From Chiloscyllium plagiosum (lineage: Eukaryota): DNA of 51,892 bases. Positions 46,762 through 51,892 of this stretch are shown here, in pieces. A program made the position numbers and the translations under genes. The notes beneath the pieces were generated by a model. That model was not told the DNA's origin and ran no database searches. It saw nothing but the letters and a program-made list of their open reading frames with translations. Numbering within the stretch: position 1 is the stretch's first letter; each line of letters starts with the position of its first letter. The DNA lies in contig NC_057760.1 in assembly GCF_004010195.1 (NCBI RefSeq), positions 3,390,331 through 3,442,222 of the forward strand, given 5' to 3'.

Positions 46762-47551
46762 GTTGTGGTTCTGTTCGCCGAGCTGGAAGTTTTTGTTGCA
46801 AACATTTTGTCCCCTGGCTAGGCGACATCATCAGTGCTTGGGAGCCTCCTGCGAAGCGCTTCTTTGATGTTTCCTCCGGTGTTTATAGTGGCCTGTCCCT
46901 GCCGCTTCCGGTTGTCAGTTTCAGCTGTCCGCTGTAGTGGTTGGTATATTGGGTCCAGGTCGATGTGTTTGTAGATGTAGTTTGTCGATGAATGCCATGC
47001 CTTCGTTTCGTAGCTAGTTCGTGGCTAGTTGATGTTCATGTATGCGGATTGTTAGCTGTCTTCCTGTTTGTCCTATATAGTGTACAGCCACGCTCAGACA
47101 ACAACTCACCAGAACGAAGGACCCGATACCCAACATGAGCAAGACGAATGTAGTGTACAAAATACCATGCAAGGACTGCACTAAACACTATATAGGACAA
47201 ACAGGAAGACAGCTAACAATCCGCATACATGAACACCAACTAGCCACGAAACGACACAACCAGCTATCCTTAGTAGCCACACACGCAGACAACAAGCAAC
47301 ATGAATTCGACTGGGACAAAATTACTATCATAGCCACTACAGCGGGCAGCTGAAACTGACAACCGGAAGCGGCAGGGACAGACCACTATAAACACCGGAG
47401 GAAACACCACAGAAGCGCTTCGCAGGAGGCTCCCAAGCACTGATGATGTCGCCTAGCCAGGGGACGAAACGTTTGCAACAAAAACTTCCAGCTCGGCGAA
47501 CAGAACCACAACAACGAGCACCCGAGCTACAAATCTTCGCACAAACTTTGA
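46762..47551 (+). mobile_element. Penelope-like element (Poseidon-like GIY-YIG) with inverted pLTRs
   Basis: NVVYKIPCKDCTKHYIGQTGRQLTIRIHEH; ~180-bp inverted ends; 13-bp TSD acactaaatcaat (46749-46761 / 47552-47564). Confidence 0.92.
47437..47476 (+). ncRNA. Minimal type I hammerhead ribozyme motif
   Basis: gca CTGATGA t gtcgcct-agcc-aggggac GAAA cg TT tgc. Confidence 0.72.
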
Positions 47552-48067
47552 ACACTAAATCAATATTTTGCCTATTTTCACAGTTAAAGATAATAATTTA
47601 TTCCTAAAAATTGCAGTTACTCTGGAGGAACTTGGTGAGATTACTATAACTAGGAGGAAGGCATTAAGTGAACTGATGGGAGTAAAGGTTGATAAGCCTC
47701 TGAGGGCTGGGGTATTAAAGGAGGTGACAGCAGAGACAGAGGATACATTAGTTATGATATTCCATAATTCCCTGGATTCTGGAAAGGTACCAGTGGATTG
47801 GAAACATGCTAATGTGACATCCTAATTAAAAAAAAGGAGATATGTAAAAATTGGGAAACTATAGAGCAGTTAATTTGACCTCGGTAGTGGGGAAGTTGCT
47901 GGAGTCAATCATAAAGAAGGAAGTAACTGAACACTTGGAAAAACAAAGGTCAATTCACCAGTGTCAGCGCGGTTCCATGAAGGGTAAGTCATACTTGACA
48001 AACTTGCTGCAGTTCTTTGAAGATTAACTAGCAAGGTGGATAATGGGGATCTGGAGGATGTCATATA

Positions 48068-48155
48068 TGTGATGGGTTTATGCCCGAAACATCGATTTCC
48101 TTCTCCTCGGATGCTGCCTGACCTGCAGTGCTTTTCCAGCACCACACTCTCAAAC
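48068..48155 (+). mobile_element. Short Penelope pLTR fragment
   Basis: gggtttatgcccgaaacatcgatt...cttttccagcaccacactc; flanking ggaggatgt duplication (48053-48061 / 48157-48165). Confidence 0.75.
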
Positions 48156-48654
48156 CGGAGGATGTAGTATATCTAGTTTTCCAGAAGGCATTTGACAAGG
48201 TGTTGCATAAAAGACTGATCCAGTAGTTTAGATCCCAGGGGATTAAGGGTATGGTATGGGCTTGCATGGACAATTAGCTGACTGTCAGAAAGCAGAGGGT
48301 CCTTCTCTGGATGGAGACCTGTAACTAGTGGGAGTCAGTTCTTGGACCTCAAATATTTACAATCTATATAAAGATCGGCAAGCCAGGACAGGGTGTTCAG
48401 TAGCAAAGATCGTTGATGACACTGAAATTGGTAAGAAAGCAGGCAGTGATGAGGAAAAAGAGTTTCCAGATGGATATCGTTAGGCTCAGCGAGTGGGCCA
48501 GAATCCGGCAGGTGGAGTTTAATTTGGTTAAGTGTGAGGCTGTCCATTTTGGCCAGAAAATTAAAAAGGCAAATAATTATTTAAATGGGAAGTAGATTCA
48601 AAGTGTGTAAGTGCAGAGGGATCTGGGTATCGTTGTGCATGAATCACAGATCCA

Positions 48655-48980
48655 GGCTACCTCATGATGTTGATTAGCAGAGGATTTATTGGTGAATGGA
48701 TTATGGTTGGATTCTCTCTTGTTGGCGATGATCATTGAGTTGCATTTATGTGACCTGAGTGTTACTTGCCACATGACAGCCCAAACCTGGAAATTATCCA
48801 GGTCTTGTTGAGGGACTGCTTCAGTAACTGGGCAGTTGTGAATGATGCTGAACACTGTGCAGCCATCAGGGATCATTCCTACTTCTGACCTTATGATAGG
48901 AGGAAGCAGCTGAAGATGGTTGGGCCTAGGATACTACCCTGAGGAAGTCCTGCAGAGACGTCCTGGTGTTGAGTTGACTG
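48655..48980 (-). mobile_element. CR1-clade LINE fragment
   Basis: QQDLDNFQVWAVMWQVT; same family as 4795-5504. Confidence 0.7.
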
Positions 48981-48987
48981 CTGTGTG

Positions 48988-49325
48988 GAACAGCACAGAG
49001 GCTCAGTGGTTAGCACTACTACTTCACAGCATCAACCAACCATGTCTGATTCCAGACGCAGGTGACTGTTCTCCCTGTGTCTGTGTGGGCTACCGGCAGG
49101 TGCTCCAATTTCCTCCCACAGTCCAAAGATTAGGTTAGGCAGGTTAGGCAGATTGGCTATGGGAAATTGCTTGTAGTGTTTAGGGATCTGCAGGCTAGGT
49201 GGGTTAGCCATGGAAAGTGCAGGTTTACACACGTAGGGGGATGGGTCTGGATGGGACACTGTTTGGTGTAGACCATTTCGGCTAAATGGCCTGTTTCCAC
49301 GCTGTAGGGATTCTGTGATTCTGTG
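48988..49325 (+). mobile_element. Degenerate HE1-type SINE
   Basis: cagcacagaggctcagtggttagcact...tttcctcccacagtccaaagat...tggcctgtttccacgctgtagggattctgtgattctg. Confidence 0.8.
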
Positions 49326-49329
49326 AATC

Positions 49330-49900
49330 ACTATTATCTTTCTACGTGACTCCCAACCAGTGGGTGCATGATCAGGTAATACTGATGCCAATTTTCCAAA
49401 ACGTGTTAGATTGTGGAAATACTGGAAAGTAGCAAATCTTACCATTCTATTCAAAAGAGGGAGACAGAAACTATAAGGCAGTCAGCTTGCTCTGAGTCAT
49501 GGAGAAGGTGTCCGTATCAATCATGAACGAGGTTCGAGCTGCATACGGAGAAAAGTTTAAGGTAGCCAGGAAGAATCAGTGTGGTTTTTTTTTTCAAAGG
49601 GAAATCATGTTTAACCAAATTACAGTGGCTTCCATGAAGGAGGAACATGCGCTGTGTATAAGGAGAAACATGTTAACGGACTGTACTTTGATTTCCAGAA
49701 GGCATTTGAAAAGGTTATTGTAAAAAGTAAGAGTTTATGGAAGAAGACAGTAACATACTAGTATGGATAGAATATTGGCTGGCTGTCAGAAAACAGAGTG
49801 TGCTTAAATAGGTCTGATTGGCAGAATGAAATGGAGTCACACAGGGACTGGCGCTGGGGGTCTCAGAATATTACAATTTACGCAAATGACTTAACTGAGG
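49330..49900 (+). mobile_element. Degenerate CR1 ORF2 fragment
   Basis: tggaaagtagcaaat..ccattctattcaaa; gatttccagaaggcatttga (DFQKAF). Confidence 0.7.
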
Positions 49901-50199
49901 AAGAGAAGGCACAGGAGTTAAATACAACTACGCCTGCCAAATTACTGAGTGATTGTTCAGCATTACTGTCTTGCTCTGTCTGTTACTACAAAAGAAACTC
50001 GCTCAGGTATTGTTGTACAATCCGGCATTCTGTCCACGTGGTACAGGAATCCAATCCAAGGGGTTCAGGAGAGGTTTTGTATAGAATAAGAGATTCCTGG
50101 AGTGAATTACAGCTCGAGTTTTGGAGTAGGAGAATAGTTTATATGTAGCTCCTGAGGAGACCAGGCTGATGCTAAACTCCCATTTCAAGAGAAGTACTT

Positions 50200-51024
50200 G
50201 GATTTCCAGAAGGCATTTCATTGGGGGAGAGGAAACTGCTATTAGACAGGAGCTGTGGAGTATAAATTGGGAACAATTGTCCTATGGGAAAGGCACACCA
50301 GAAATGTGGAGGCTGTTTAAGGAGCACTTGTTGTGAGTGTTGGATAACATTATCCCACTGAGACACACAAGGAAAGGTAAGGTGAAGGAGCCTTGGATGA
50401 CAGGAGCAGAGGAGCTTCTCGTCAAGAGGAAGAAGGATGCTCACTTAATGTTGAGGAAGCGAGGATCTGGCACAGCTTTAGTGAATTACAGGGTAGCTAG
50501 GATAGAACTCAGAAATGGACTGAGGAGAGCTAGGAGGGGACACAAAAAAGCCTTGGCAGGGAGGATTAGGAAAACCCAAAGGCGTTCTACACATGTGAGG
50601 AATAAGAGAATGATCAGAGAGAGGGCAGAGCCGATCAGGGATAGTGGAGGGAACTTGTGCCTGGAGTCTGAAGAGGTAGGGGAGGCCCTAAATGAGATTT
50701 TTGCTTCAGTATTCACTAGAGAGAGGGACCTTGTTGATAGTGAGAACACTGTGGACCAGGTTAATTGGCTTGACCAGATTGGTATTAAGGAAGTGGATGT
50801 GCTGGAAATTCTGGGAAACATCAAGATAGATAAATCCCCAGGACCGGACCACATATATCCAAGATTACTATGGTAAGACAGGAATGAGATTGCTGTGCCT
50901 CTGGTGATGATCTTTGCTTCCTCACTCTCCACGGGAGTAATACCAGATGATTGGTGGAAGGCGAAAATCGTTCCTCTGTTCAAGAAGAGAATAGAGAAAT
51001 CCCTGGGAATTACAGACCAGTCAG
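50200..51024 (+). mobile_element. CR1 ORF2 internal fragment
   Basis: KVKEPWMT...EEVGEALNEIFASVFTRE...IDKSPGPDHIYPRLLW. Confidence 0.9.
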
Positions 51025-51892
51025 TCATAGAGTCATAGAGATGTACAGCACAGAAACAGAGCCTTTGGTCCAACGCATCCATGCTGACCAGATAGCCCAA
51101 CCCAAACTAGTCCCACCTGCCAGCACCTGGCCCATATCCCTCCAAAAACGTTCCTATTCGTAAACCCATCCAGATGCCTTTTAAATACTGTAATTGTACC
51201 AGCCTGCACCACTTCCTCTGGCAGCTTATTCCACACATGTACCACCCTCTGCGTGAAAAGATTGTCCCTTAGGTCACTTTTATATCTTTCCCCTCTCACC
51301 CTAAACCTATGCCCTCTAGTTCTGGACTCCCCGACCCCAGGGAAAAGACTTTGTCTATTTATCCTATCCATGCCCCTCATGATTTTATAAACCTCTGTAA
51401 GGTCACCCCTCAGCTTCCGACGCTCCAGGGAAAACAGCCCCAGCCTGTTCAGCCTCTCCCTATAGCTCAAATCATCAAACCCTGGCAACATCCTTGCAAA
51501 TCTTTTTTTTGAACCCTTTCAACTTTCACAACATCTTTCCGATAGGAAGGAGACCAGAATTGCACGCAATATTCCAACAGTGGCCTAACCAATGTCCTGT
51601 ACAGCCGCACCATGACCTCCCAACTCCCGTACCCAATACTCGGACCAATAAAGGAAAGCATACCAAACGCCTTCACTATCCTATCTACCTGCGACTCCAC
51701 TTTCAAGGAGCTATGAACCTGCACTCCAAGGTCTCTTTGTTCAGCAACACTCCCTATGACCTTACCATTAAGTGTATAAGTCCTGCTAAGATTTGCTTTC
51801 CCAAAATGCAGCACCTTGCATTTATCTAAATTAAACTCCATCTGCCACTCCTCAGCCCATTGACCCACCTGATCAAGATCCCATTGTACTCT
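51025..51892 (-). mobile_element. Young HER1-like CR1 3' end inserted in the plus CR1 (runs off the window)
   Basis: WAEEWQMEFNLDKCKVLHFGK...LEYCVQFWSP; LSYRERLNRLGLFSLERRKLRGD; (tctatgac)n tail. Confidence 0.93.

Larger units (their letters stand above)
46370..48655 (+). mobile_element. Old CR1 ORF2 with two Penelope insertions
   Basis: GNLEMTETLNQ; IFHNSLDSGKVPVDWKHANVT; LSEWARIRQVEFNLVKCEAVHFG. Confidence 0.85.

Noticed and set aside
49900..50200. Candidate further ITGA10 exon after ctcctcag
   Set aside because: No frame resembles the expected upstream exon (SRP.V...C...C...CF) and stops intervene; that exon probably lies beyond the window.

Overview
Vertebrate genomic DNA, most likely a shark: it carries HE1-type tRNA SINEs, HER1/CR1 LINEs and repeat families typical of sharks. 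Two spliced genes lie tail-to-tail, and the ORF track largely misses both. On +, the last two coding exons of RNF115 (RING-H2 E3 ligase) lie at 502-617 and 1058-1189. On -, the last 14 coding exons of integrin alpha-10 (ITGA10) run from 45573 to 10061 with consistent splice phases; they include one probable GC-AG intron and a canonical KCGFFKR cytoplasmic tail. The rest is mostly nested transposons. A 9.2-kb Gmr1-type Gypsy element (integrase before RT, SCAN-like gag, tRNA-Pro PBS, TACT target duplication) sits inside a CR1 and itself hosts a solo LTR, a Penelope element and a CR1 fragment. Three Penelope-like families carry minimal hammerhead-ribozyme motifs, and one inverted pair of these brackets an ITGA10 exon. 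There are also a tandem array of short tRNA-derived SINEs at a repeated target motif, several minisatellites and three N gaps. All assignments were made by eye and from recalled orthologue sequences; no searches were run.
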